Positions 1 to 9,466 of a DNA stretch of 64,000 nucleotides are shown here, piece by piece. This stretch comes from Candidatus Poribacteria bacterium. GTDB lineage: Bacteria > Poribacteria > WGA-4E > PCPOR2b. The notes beneath the pieces are model-generated. The model saw nothing but the letters and a program-made list of their open reading frames with translations, was not told the origin of the DNA and searched no databases. Made by a program: the position numbers and the translations under genes. Positions within the stretch are counted from its first letter, which is position 1; each line of letters begins with the position of its first letter. Location of the stretch: contig OZ244042.1 in assembly GCA_965215015.1 (NCBI GenBank), positions 1,920,001 to 1,984,000 of the forward strand, read 5' to 3'.

Positions 1-69
1 CACCCTTACAAATTCGGTGAAGATGCCTCTCACCGCTCGCTTCATCGGGCAGCGACAGCTCAGCCCAAA

Positions 70-141
70 GTAGCAGGCACGCTCCGCGTGCCCTCCCCCT
101 GCTAAATACCCGGTGGGTTGTCCGTCAGTTCCTGGCTCATT
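70..141. repeat. REP-like hairpin (GTAGCAGGCACGCTCCGCGTGCC) plus a dispersed repeat also found at ~61757-61926
   Basis: 96-141 CCCCTGCTAAATACCCGGTGGGTTGTCCGTCAGTTCCTGGCTCATTG matches ~61878-61926. GTAG-GGCAC..GTGCC-type hairpins recur at ~10918, 18229, 43936, 61701 and 62025. Confidence 0.6.
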
Positions 142-373
142 GCTTTAGGGAAACTTCGGACTGGCCCACGAGCGGTCCTAATCCAAGTCACATTTTTCAT
201 CGCTTCATTCAAAATTCTATCTTCCCCATGGTAGATTTCCGATATTATGGCAGATTTACCATGATATGGCAACCGTGTAATTAGGGGATTTGGAAAACGC
301 TTGGAGGGAAACAATCTGGAAGGTCATTGAATCATAATGTGTATTGCGTTATACGCGGACGGAACAATTTGAG

Positions 374-402
374 TAGAAAACCATTCTGTAAGGTGTTAAA
401 AT
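374..402 (+). promoter_or_regulatory. Putative sigma70 promoter with extended -10 (TGtTAAAAT)
   Basis: TAGAAA-N17-TAAAAT with TG at 394-395, directly before the candidate RNA and rpiA. Confidence 0.4.
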
Positions 403-407
403 TAGAA

Positions 408-578
408 ACCGAGCACGGACAACCCGTTCGACTGAGCGACTGTCAATCCCGATTAGCTCATATAAGAAATCATGTAACAGCCCCGAGTTTTTCCGAAAAA
501 ACTCAGGGGCAAATACCAATCGTGTTAGACCCTGGTGTTTGGTGAATTGAGCCAAGACGGTTGCACGATGTTCCGGGT
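408..578 (+). ncRNA. Candidate structured ncRNA, rod-like, possibly 6S RNA
   Basis: The 5' end (ACCGAGCACGGACAACCCGT) pairs imperfectly with the 3' end (ACGGTTGCACGATGTTCCGGGT). Inner stems are GCTCA/TGAGC and TAACA/TGTTA, with an apical hairpin GCCCCGAGTTTTT..AAAAACTCAGGGGC. About 170 nt, starting right after a -10 box. Confidence 0.33.
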
Positions 579-657
579 ATCTTTGCACTCTCTTTACATA
601 AAGCCAACCGATTTACCGGGACGAATCCCTGCCTATTTGCAGGTATCAGGAGAAAGT

Positions 658-1329
658 ATGGACACAGAAAAACTCAAACAACTCGCAGCAGAACAGGCTG
701 CCGAGGAGGTGGAGTCCGGCATGATTGTCGGGCTTGGTACAGGTTCAACAATTTACTACGGACTGCTAAAACTCGGTGAAAAGGTTCGGAGCGGCATCGA
801 TATTATCGGAATTCCGACCTCAAAGCAGACGGAAGATATTGCAGTTCAGCAGGGTATATCGCTCTCAACACTTGGGGAGCACCCTGTGATCGATTTGACC
901 ATTGATGGCGCGGATGAAGTCAATCCTAACCTCGATCTCATCAAGGGGGCAGGCGGAGCGTTAGTCCGAGAGAAAATCATCGCCCATGCCTCCAAACGGT
1001 TGGTCATTATCGTTGATGAAGGAAAACAGGTTGAACAATTAGGTTCTAATTATCCAGTACCAGTGGAGGTTGTCCCATTTGGATGGAGAGCAACCCAGCT
1101 CGCGCTGAACCGGGTCTGCCGAGACTCAACCCTGCGTCCTAATTTTGTCAGCGACAACGGTAACTATATTCTGGACTGCGCTTTCGATGGCATTCCTGAT
1201 CCAGTCGCCACTGAGAATATCATCAATAATATCCCCGGCGTTGTTGAAAACGGACTTTTCATTAACCGCACCGATCAGGTCATTATCGGTGCGGCTTCAG
1301 GGGTGCAAATCTTAAACCGTCAAGAATAA
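658..1329 (+). CDS. rpiA: Ribose-5-phosphate isomerase A
   Basis: Motifs GLGTGST, DGADEV, KGAGGAL.REKI, PVEVVPF, SDNGNYILD, PGVVENGLF. Start moved to ATG 658 (RBS AGGAGA). Confidence 0.96.
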   Translation: MDTEKLKQLAAEQAAEEVESGMIVGLGTGSTIYYGLLKLGEKVRSGIDIIGIPTSKQTEDIAVQQGISLSTLGEHPVIDLTIDGADEVNPNLDLIKGAGGALVREKIIAHASKRLVIIVDEGKQVEQLGSNYPVPVEVVPFGWRATQLALNRVCRDSTLRPNFVSDNGNYILDCAFDGIPDPVATENIINNIPGVVENGLFINRTDQVIIGAASGVQILNRQE

Positions 1330-1384
1330 AACCAAGTGTATTACACTTTCTTCTTATATGAACCCCGTAGGTCAGACACCAATG

Positions 1385-1634
1385 AACTGAGGGAGGCTCA
1401 TAATAATTGTCTGAATCGCGGATTCAGCAGATGCAGCGGCCGGCACAGATACAGATAGGGGCGCAGGCGGTAGATGGGGCAAGATGTCCTACCCACGGGG
1501 TTGGAGGTGCTTTGTTTTTCAAGTTATGGGTGTGAGTTTAATGGCAGTTGCGTGTTAGCCAAGCCATATGCCATAACGATTGTGTGGTTCACGGCACGAC
1601 GGCTCGTGCCGACCCCTTTATGAGCATCCCTTAA
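1385..1634. mobile_element. MITE-like element family A, copy 1
   Basis: Imperfect terminal inverted repeats CTGAGGGAGGCTCATAA...TTATGAGCATCCCTTA. Aligns along its length with 3692-3939. Non-coding. Confidence 0.65.
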
Positions 1635-1644
1635 TGAACCAATA

Positions 1645-3426
1645 TCATGTTCCTCGAAACAATTCAATCCAAACAGTCGTACCAACTCCTTCTTCACTCT
1701 CGACGAAAATTTCCCCATCGTGATCGGTGACGATTCGCTGGACAATCGCCATACCGAGCCCGGTCCCGGCAGCCTTTGTTGTATAATACGGGGCGAAAAT
1801 CTGTGATAATGTCTCCGGTCCCATACCGATACCTGTATCTTGAATCTTGATCTGAATCTTCTCCTCATTGACCAACTGAGTTGAAATGTTCAGTCTTCCT
1901 CCGTCCGGCATCGCTTCGATTGCGTTTTTAATCAGATTTCCTAACGCCTGTGTAATCTGTTCTGCGTCAAGGGAAAGGGGAGGAAGATTCGGAGCGAGAT
2001 TTGCCTTCATCTGAATGTTCTTGACAGATTTCGCATACAGGTTCACCACGTTCTGTACAACTTGATTGAGATTCGACAGCTGTCGTTCAGGAGGGGGCAT
2101 TCGGGCAAATTGGTGGAACTCATCCACCATTCGCTCTAGACGGTCCACCTCTTCGATAACTGTGTCGGTACATTCGATAAAAATCTCCTCAAACACCTTG
2201 TAGTTACCCCTACCTTGATAAGCGCGCTGAAGGTTTTCGATCGAAAGCCGAATCGGAAATAGCGGGTTCTTGATCTCGTGCGCGACGCGACGGGCAACAT
2301 CGCCCCACGCCGCAAGGCGTTCAGCGGCAAGCCGTCTCTCTAGGCTTGACTTTAAGGCTGCCCCCATTTGGTTAAAGGCACCAGCCAATCTCCCAATCTC
2401 ATCTCGACTTTGGATAGCGACCTGATGCTCAAGGTTGCCCGACGCGATTTCAGCCGATCCTGCTACCAGCTGATTGATAGGTTTTGTCATTTGAAGTCCA
2501 ACGATATAACTCATAATATATACCGAAGCCAGGCCAGCTCCACCGATAATAACTAGGATAAACATAAGCCATTGTTGTAATTCAATTTGATTTCGATGGG
2601 AATATGCAAGAATCAACTCTGTCCCAATGGCTTGGGATTTCTGCCTCGATTCATTTGACATCTCGATAACCGAGGTTAAAATTGGGATACGACCGACGCT
2701 GTGCGGCACGCCTATCAGTTTAATCTTTTGAAAAGGCTGATCGGCGTCGGTTGTAAACGCTAGGAGCGATTCTCGTCGGTACTCTGGGATTGTATCGCCA
2801 GCCGCGTTCAGTGGTACGAGACGAGTGCCTTCTTTGAGAAAAATTGGATGAAGTGTCAAATCCTTCAGGGCTTGATTGAGATGTTTATGTAAAAAATAGC
2901 CACCGGTGACAAATCCCAAAAACTTACCCTCCGTTTGGAGTGGCAATGTAATCTCGATTGTGGCCCGTGCTTCCGGGGTTCGGAGCCGCGATGCCAGTTC
3001 CGGCTTCAACTTTCGTGCCCGATCTAACGCTTCCCAATCTTTTTCGCCGTGATGCAAGTTGACGGAATAACGGTCATTATTTTCTACCTTACTTGCTGTG
3101 ATAACGCCCTCGTGGGTTCCATATTCCAAGATATCCAGCACACTATCGGTAATACTAGACGGATACGGTTCATGCTTGCGAATCGCTTGAACGACACGCC
3201 AGTCCTTGATTTCGCTCCGCACTTTCTCCTCAATATCTTGGCGAAGCAAATCTCTCGTGTGGGTGAGCCGTGTTCTAAGCTCTTGGGCATCCGTTTGAAT
3301 TTGCTCATCAAACCGCTGCACGACAACCCGCCTCGCAACCACGAAAATCCCGATGATTGTGATGAGGAATACAGAACTATAAGTGAGGAAGATTTTGTGA
3401 TGGAGTTTGCTGATAGTAAAAATCAT
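1645..3426 (-). CDS. Membrane sensor histidine kinase (2 TM, periplasmic sensor, HAMP, HisKA, HATPase), NtrY-like
   Basis: HAMP (KPINQL...DEIGRLAGAFNQM), H-box VAHEIKNPL, N-box NLIKNAIEAM, G1 DTGIG, F-box FAPYYTTK, G2 GTGLGM. Confidence 0.93.
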   Translation of the reverse strand: MIFTISKLHHKIFLTYSSVFLITIIGIFVVARRVVVQRFDEQIQTDAQELRTRLTHTRDLLRQDIEEKVRSEIKDWRVVQAIRKHEPYPSSITDSVLDILEYGTHEGVITASKVENNDRYSVNLHHGEKDWEALDRARKLKPELASRLRTPEARATIEITLPLQTEGKFLGFVTGGYFLHKHLNQALKDLTLHPIFLKEGTRLVPLNAAGDTIPEYRRESLLAFTTDADQPFQKIKLIGVPHSVGRIPILTSVIEMSNESRQKSQAIGTELILAYSHRNQIELQQWLMFILVIIGGAGLASVYIMSYIVGLQMTKPINQLVAGSAEIASGNLEHQVAIQSRDEIGRLAGAFNQMGAALKSSLERRLAAERLAAWGDVARRVAHEIKNPLFPIRLSIENLQRAYQGRGNYKVFEEIFIECTDTVIEEVDRLERMVDEFHQFARMPPPERQLSNLNQVVQNVVNLYAKSVKNIQMKANLAPNLPPLSLDAEQITQALGNLIKNAIEAMPDGGRLNISTQLVNEEKIQIKIQDTGIGMGPETLSQIFAPYYTTKAAGTGLGMAIVQRIVTDHDGEIFVESEEGVGTTVWIELFRGT

Positions 3427-3678
3427 TGACGGTTTGTGCGTCGACTGTTTGATATAACAATGCTAGAATAACCCAAGTTACTACGGCGTGTTGACATTTT
3501 GCTGTCGCCAATTCGGGAAACACTATAATCATTGGGCAATTCACCAAAAACCGATAAAGCCCCGGTAACCAAACCGATTGCCCTCGTGTTCCAAGAAACT
3601 CACACCAGTTATTGAATATAGGAACGTTCAGAGTGTAGCAAAGTTTATCTGTGAAATCAAGAACGAATTTTTTAACGC

Positions 3679-4057
3679 TAGGGCTATTTAGTTCAGGGGT
3701 GCTCATAATAATTGTCTGGATCACGGACTCAGCAGATGCAGCAGATTCCACGGATACAGATAGGGGGCGCAGGCAGTAGATGGGGCAAGATCCCCCTATG
3801 GGGTTAGGGCTATTTTGTTTTTCTCCATTGGGGTTGATATTTTAATGGCAGTTGCGTGTTAGTCAAGCCATAGGCCATAACGATTATGTGGTTTAGGGCA
3901 TGCGACTCGTGCCGCCTCCTTTATGAGCCCCCCTCAGTTAGTTTTCGGTCATGGGATCTGCTTATGCCAGTTGTCCAGGCCGTCTTTTATCCGTGTCATC
4001 CGTCAATCGGTGCTTATCCGTGATTCACACAATAATATAGGAGAATTAAAGTACCCT
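3679..4057. mobile_element. MITE-like family E (TAGGGCTATTTA ends) with family A copy 2 nested at 3692-3939
   Basis: Ends TAGGGCTATTTAGTT and AATTAAAGTACCCTA; the same end occurs at 33742 and, reversed, at ~29614-29628. The nested copy has ends TCAGGGGTGCTCATAA / TTATGAGCCCCCCTCAG. Confidence 0.55.
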
Positions 4058-4076
4058 ATTTTTACCGCTTTTTCGC

Positions 4077-4105
4077 TTGATCGGTGTTATTAATCTTGAT
4101 ACAAT
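4077..4105 (+). promoter_or_regulatory. Putative sigma70 promoter of the large secreted protein
   Basis: TTGATC-N17-TACAAT with TG before the -10. Confidence 0.5.
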
Positions 4106-4372
4106 ATCCACAACCGAACACTTTAGAATACATAACAGTCGATATAAGAAGGCTGCTGTTAAGAAATCGTGCAACAGACCTTGAGCTTTCAAGAAAAAAC
4201 TCGGGTTCTCTTCGCGCCATATACTCTCTTTAAGACTTACGCAGTTGAATGCTCAATCCCTTGTTCTCTTCCCCCTGCTTGTGGGGGGCGGCGGGAAGGG
4301 GGGTATAGAAAAAGCAACCCGCTGATACCAAGCAAAGGCCTCAGAAAAACTATCTATAAGGAGACACTCCCT

Positions 4373-7300
4373 ATGTTTAAGCGTCATTTCATTTCCTATT
4401 TGGTGGGAATTTGCAAACAACGGCAGCACCGTATCGCACTTATTAGTCTATTGATGTGCATCGTAGGTTATCAAAATGTATACCCCCAACAGCAGATTGC
4501 CCAAGATGCCTACGCCATTTTTCAACAGAGCTGCCTCATCTGCCACGGACCCGACGGTGCCTATCGAGAGACACTCCTAATGGAACACAACTCACTCATC
4601 GCAAACGGGATAGTTGTCCCCGGAAACCCCAATGCCTCCGAACTGTATAACCGGCTCCTGACGACTGAGATAGCCAAACGGATGCCCCTTGGACAACCCC
4701 GGCTATCCACTCAAGCGATTGCCACCATCCGAAACTGGATATTCGCTGGCGCACCCGATTGGGCGGCAACCCCCGCCCCCGATAGACGCTTTATCTCTCC
4801 CCATGAAATACTCAATACCATCGAGACTCACGTCATGTCGCTTGCACCATTTGACCGTGCCTTTGCCCGGTACTTCACAATGACACACCTCTATAACGCA
4901 GGTGAGCCAACGCGCGCGCTTGACGGCTATCGTAACGGCCTCTCGAAACTGGTCAATAGCCTCTCATGGGGGAGTACCGTCACCAACCCCCAACCCATTG
5001 ACCGACAAGGCACCATCCTCTACATTGACCTGCGCCATTACGAGTGGGATCGCAATGATGGGTGGGGGCAGATAGAAGCAGCATATCCCTATCACATCGG
5101 GTTTGATGCACCGGCACAGACCGCGCTGCGGGCCCAACTGACCCGGTTACAGACGGAGATGAAATCTGATATACCATCGGTTCATGTCGACTGGTTTATA
5201 GCACAAGCCTCTTTACCCCCACTCTACCATGATTTACTCTCTCTCCCCTTAACGGATAGAGAGTTAGAGACCCGATTAGAGGTTGACGTTGTCCGTAACC
5301 TGCAAAATGCACCGGGGGTGCGTGTCTGGCGGGCAGGCACCAACAATTCGGGTGTCTCCAATCACAACCGAGTGATAGAACGCCACACCTCTCGCTACGG
5401 TGCCTATTGGAAAAGTTACGACTTTGGGGGGAGTGTGGGTACACAGAACGTCTTCACCCACCCCCTGTCATTCACCCATGATGGTGGTGAGGTTATCTTC
5501 AACCTACCCAACGGGTTACAGGGATACTACCTTGCCAATGGGGCCGGTTTCCGTCTAAATGAGGCACCGATAAACATAGTTTCTAATCCCGCAGCGAGTG
5601 ATCCAACGGTGCGGAACGGACTCTCCTGTTTCGGTTGCCACACAGAGGGTATGAAGCCCTTTGAGGACCAAGTCCGTTCGGTGATAGCGAATAATACCGC
5701 TCCCGTTTATGACAAAGCGCAGGCGTTGCGGCTCTACGTGGCAAAATCAGAGATGGACGCGCTTGTGGGTGAAGATATGAACAGGTACAGGGTTGCCCTT
5801 GAAGCGACGGGCGGGGCGTTTGATGACATTGAACCCATCTCCCGTTTCCACGAGGCATTTCAGGAGGAGGTAGACACAGCACACGCCGCAGCCGCGCTCG
5901 GGTTAGAGCCGGGGGCGTTCTTGGAAAAGATACGTGAGAATATAGGGCTACAGGACCTCGGTTTGCTGGTGTTAGACAGTGAGGCTGGAAGTATGAAACG
6001 GGACACATGGACATCGAGTTTTCGGGATATAGTTTTTGCGTTGGATTTCCCGGAGCGTTTCACCCCTCCCACGGCGATAACCCCGCCGGTAGTGACACCG
6101 GGTACGGTTGTGTCTATCCCGGACCCAAACCTGCGTGCGGCAATAGCGGAGGCACTGGACAAGAGCCCCAATGCTCCGATTACTGCCGAGGAGATGGCAA
6201 AGTTGAGCAGGCTCGATGTGCCGCGCAGGGGCATCCGTGATTTGACAGGGCTGCAGTTTGCGACCAATCTGACACGGTTAATTATCGACGACAATGAGGT
6301 CTCCGACCTCTCACCGCTAGCGGGCTTAATCGAGCTGCGAGATCTCCGGATGCACGACAACCTCTTGTCCGATATATCGCCTGTGAGAGGCCTAACAAAT
6401 CTCACTCGCCTTGAGTTTGACGACTCTACAGTCTCTGATATATCTCCCGTGAGAGGCTTAACCAATCTCACTTACCTTGAGTTTGACGACACTTTGGTAT
6501 CCGATATATCTCCCGTGAGGAACTTAACAAATCTCACTCACCTTGAGTTTGATGGCACTTTGGTATCCGATATATCTCCCGTGAGAGGCTTAACCAATCT
6601 CACTCGCCTTGAGTTTATCGGCACTTTGGTATCCGACCTCTCGCCAATTGCCGGATTAATCAATCTGGAGGCGTTATATTTTGAGGGTGATAATGTCTCC
6701 GACCTGTCGCCGGTTTCAGGATTAATCAACCTCAAAACTATTGATGCTAGTTGGGGTAGCTCTATATCCGATTTATCGCCCTTGGCGGGCTTAACAAAAC
6801 TGGAGGTGATACTTATGAGCGGCGGAAAGGTATCAGATCTCACGCCTTTAGCAGGCCTAACCGGCTTGAAAAAACTGTGGTTTCAGGCCAACGACATATC
6901 GGATATATCCCCCCTCGCAGGGTTAACACAGCTAACTAGTGTGAATCTTGGGTCCAACAATATATCGGATATATCCCCCCTTGCAGGGGCAACCAACTTG
7001 AAATGGCTAGCGATCCAGCGAAACGAGATCTCTGACATTTCTCCGCTGCGGGGATTCCGCGAGAATATAACGACGTTCGTTTGGCATGACAACCCGGGAT
7101 TCCCAAAAGTGGGACCGTCAATCGAGGGGCCGTGGTTATGGGTTGTATTACCGGAAACAGCACCGAGTAGCAGTAAGGACCTACTGTCAGAAGTGAGCGG
7201 CGGCGCGGTAACAGAGACGGAGATTGCTACCCATGGGGCAACCGTGGGAAGTTCTGTAGGCGATGATGTGTGGACCTACCGCACACTCCCGCCTACGCGC

Positions 7301-8635
7301 TGGAACGTTCGCCAAATGCTTGATGGCAACATCCCTGGTGCCAGCCTCTACGGCACGGTGTCCTTGCATTCACCACGACGACAGGACACAACACTATACG
7401 TTGGCAGTCATAACGAGTTTAAGGTCTGGCTCAACGGGGCTTTGATTTACGAGTCTCTCCGTTACCATGCGAGTGACGGTTACACCGATTCTCTGCCGGT
7501 CACGCTGAAGGAGGGACGAAATGTGCTATTGGTAGCCGTTAGAGCCCAGTATAATGCCTTTTTTGGGTTTGAACCCGGCACCGAATATACAGTCGCGAAC
7601 CCCGGTGTCGGATACGCTTTTTCCAAGACACCCATTCATACAGGCGATACCTTTACCCTTGATCTTCGCGCCGAAACAGTCTCTGACTTGGCAGGTTGGC
7701 AGTTCGATATTGCCTTCGACCCGGCTGCCCTCGAAGCCATTGACGTCAGCGAGGGCAATTTCCTGAAGGCAGATGGGGGCTCCACCTTCTTTCGGGGGAG
7801 GAACATCGATAACGCGACAGGTAAAATCTCAGGACTCAGTGCCGCGCGATTGGCTGCCCAAGGTGTAAATGGCACCGGCACCCTGCTGCAGGTCAGGTTC
7901 AGGGCGAAATCTGCCGGTGAAACAGTGTTAGTGCTGCAGAATTTCCAGTTCGGCTCCATCACCGGCGATACTATTCCTGCAGGACCGCGTCAAATTCGCA
8001 TCGCTGTTGAGGGACGCCTGGCGACCGGGGACGTGAATCGAGATGGCGTTGTTAGCATTTTGGATCTCATTCTCGTCGCACAGCAATTGGGGAAAAAGGT
8101 GGCCCCCAACTCACCGGTAGATGTCAACCGAGATGGTGTTGTCAGCATCCTTGACCTTATCGGCATCGCGCAGGGGATCGGGAACACCACAGCGGCTGCC
8201 GCCCCGGCACCCTCCTCACTGGGGGTAAATCCTGAGACGATAGCGGCATGGATTGCACAGGCACAGGTGGCAGATGACGGTTCACTTGCCTTCAAACAGG
8301 GTATCGCAAATCTCCAAAACCTGTTAGCCGCGTTGATTCCTGAAGAGACCGCATTATTGGCAAACTATCCAAACCCGTTTAACCCGGAGACATGGATACC
8401 GTACCAATTAGCAGAACCGGCAGAAGTCACGCTGACAATCTATGATAGGAACGGGGAGGTCGTTCGCCGGTTAGCCGTCGGACATCGAGGCGCGGGGATG
8501 TATCAGAGTCAAAACCGGGCACTATATTGGGACGGACGGAATCAGCTGGGTGAACCTGTCGCCAGCGGCCTCTATTTTTACACACTCACAGCAGGCACAT
8601 TCACAGGGACACGGCGGATGTTGATACTGAAATAA
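4373..8635 (+). CDS. Secreted multidomain protein: two c-type heme motifs, internalin-like LRRs, beta-sandwich, cohesin, dockerin-like, C-terminal FlgD/T9SS-CTD-like domain
   Basis: CLICH and CFGCH heme motifs; IPDPNLRAAIAEAL LRR cap with 22-aa SDISPL.GLTNL repeats; LAGWQFDIAFDP..L cohesin-like; duplicated DVNRDGVVSILDL; ANYPNPFNPETWIPYQL...WDGRN..GEPVASGLYFY...MLILK. Start at ATG 4373 (RBS AAGGAG); the ORF-track N-extension is repeat-derived. Confidence 0.88.
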   Translation: MFKRHFISYLVGICKQRQHRIALISLLMCIVGYQNVYPQQQIAQDAYAIFQQSCLICHGPDGAYRETLLMEHNSLIANGIVVPGNPNASELYNRLLTTEIAKRMPLGQPRLSTQAIATIRNWIFAGAPDWAATPAPDRRFISPHEILNTIETHVMSLAPFDRAFARYFTMTHLYNAGEPTRALDGYRNGLSKLVNSLSWGSTVTNPQPIDRQGTILYIDLRHYEWDRNDGWGQIEAAYPYHIGFDAPAQTALRAQLTRLQTEMKSDIPSVHVDWFIAQASLPPLYHDLLSLPLTDRELETRLEVDVVRNLQNAPGVRVWRAGTNNSGVSNHNRVIERHTSRYGAYWKSYDFGGSVGTQNVFTHPLSFTHDGGEVIFNLPNGLQGYYLANGAGFRLNEAPINIVSNPAASDPTVRNGLSCFGCHTEGMKPFEDQVRSVIANNTAPVYDKAQALRLYVAKSEMDALVGEDMNRYRVALEATGGAFDDIEPISRFHEAFQEEVDTAHAAAALGLEPGAFLEKIRENIGLQDLGLLVLDSEAGSMKRDTWTSSFRDIVFALDFPERFTPPTAITPPVVTPGTVVSIPDPNLRAAIAEALDKSPNAPITAEEMAKLSRLDVPRRGIRDLTGLQFATNLTRLIIDDNEVSDLSPLAGLIELRDLRMHDNLLSDISPVRGLTNLTRLEFDDSTVSDISPVRGLTNLTYLEFDDTLVSDISPVRNLTNLTHLEFDGTLVSDISPVRGLTNLTRLEFIGTLVSDLSPIAGLINLEALYFEGDNVSDLSPVSGLINLKTIDASWGSSISDLSPLAGLTKLEVILMSGGKVSDLTPLAGLTGLKKLWFQANDISDISPLAGLTQLTSVNLGSNNISDISPLAGATNLKWLAIQRNEISDISPLRGFRENITTFVWHDNPGFPKVGPSIEGPWLWVVLPETAPSSSKDLLSEVSGGAVTETEIATHGATVGSSVGDDVWTYRTLPPTRWNVRQMLDGNIPGASLYGTVSLHSPRRQDTTLYVGSHNEFKVWLNGALIYESLRYHASDGYTDSLPVTLKEGRNVLLVAVRAQYNAFFGFEPGTEYTVANPGVGYAFSKTPIHTGDTFTLDLRAETVSDLAGWQFDIAFDPAALEAIDVSEGNFLKADGGSTFFRGRNIDNATGKISGLSAARLAAQGVNGTGTLLQVRFRAKSAGETVLVLQNFQFGSITGDTIPAGPRQIRIAVEGRLATGDVNRDGVVSILDLILVAQQLGKKVAPNSPVDVNRDGVVSILDLIGIAQGIGNTTAAAAPAPSSLGVNPETIAAWIAQAQVADDGSLAFKQGIANLQNLLAALIPEETALLANYPNPFNPETWIPYQLAEPAEVTLTIYDRNGEVVRRLAVGHRGAGMYQSQNRALYWDGRNQLGEPVASGLYFYTLTAGTFTGTRRMLILK
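6368..6631 (+). repeat. Four near-identical 66-bp tandem units encoding LRRs
   Basis: TCCGATATATCTCCCGTGAGAGGCTTAACCAATCTCACT.. recurs at 6368, 6434, 6500 and 6566. Confidence 0.85.
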
Positions 8636-8726
8636 ACCAGATGGGCTTGTTTCACTTTAGCCATACGGAAATTCCGATGGAACTATTGTATGTAGGTCGA
8701 TTTGCCAAAATCGACAATCCCTATCG

Positions 8727-9400
8727 GGGATTCACGGTTTCATCGGAAGAAGAACCAAGAAACGAAACAGCAACCTTCCCTGACGAAAGGAAAGACGGGA
8801 AGCCAGTTCTCTCGCTTTCTTTTTTTCCGTTCCCCTCCCCCTGCTTGCGGGGGGACTAAGGGGGGTTCGTCTTCCCCCTGCTTGCGGGGGGACTGAGGGG
8901 GGCCGTCTTATAGAATACCAGACCCCAATGAGTAGATAGAAGCTTTTCTCTGAATTTAACGCAAAATCGAACCCCCTCGAACCGGGAGAGGGAGGCACCC
9001 GTCCCGATGCCGTTGCCCTCTAAAGGGAATGCTTACCGCATCCGGGACTCACGGTTTCATCGGGAGAAGACCCAAAAAACGAAACAGGAACCTTCCCTGA
9101 CGAAAGGAAAGACGGGAAGCCAGTTCTCTCGCTTTCTTTTTTTCCGTTCCCCTCCCCCTGCTTGCGGGGGGACTAAGGGGGGTCTGTCTTCCCCCTGCTT
9201 GCGGGGGGACTAAGGGGGGTTCGCCTTCTCCCTGCTTGCGGGGGGACTAAGGGGGGTTCGTCTTCCCCCTGCTTGCGGGGGGGACTAAGGGGGTCGTCTT
9301 CCCCCTGCTTGCGGGGGGACTAAGGGGGTCGTCTTCCCCCTGCTTGCGGGGGGACTAAGGGGGTCGTCTTCCCCCTGCTTGCGGGGGGACTGAGGGGGGT
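8727..9400. repeat. Duplicated ~110-bp element followed by 2 and then 7 tandem 35-37 bp G/C palindromic units (CTTCCCCCTGCTTGCGGGGGGACTAAGGGGG)
   Basis: ~8727-8903 matches ~9044-9220. Units at 9152, 9188, 9225, 9262, 9298, 9333 and 9368. The same core occurs at ~4270, 29040-29250 and 61730-61965. Confidence 0.88.
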
Positions 9401-9466
9401 CCGTCCTAGAACATAACGCTCTATTCTAGAATCAATCCGCTTTAACGGAAAACCGATGGATTTTCA

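Noticed and set aside
535-657. N-terminal extension of RpiA
   Set aside because: No family similarity; the RBS lies before ATG 658, and the extension overlaps the RNA candidate.
4169-4372. N-terminal extension of the large secreted protein
   Set aside because: It translates repeat DNA (PPACGG); a good RBS and a signal-like region begin at 4373.
8641-9213. Small ORFs ending PPACGG/SPCLRGD (also 28909-29124 and 61749-62015)
   Set aside because: They are translations of the palindromic repeat family.
9152-9400. CRISPR array
   Set aside because: Units of repeat-like length are separated by only ~5-7 near-identical bases, with no unique spacers and no cas genes.
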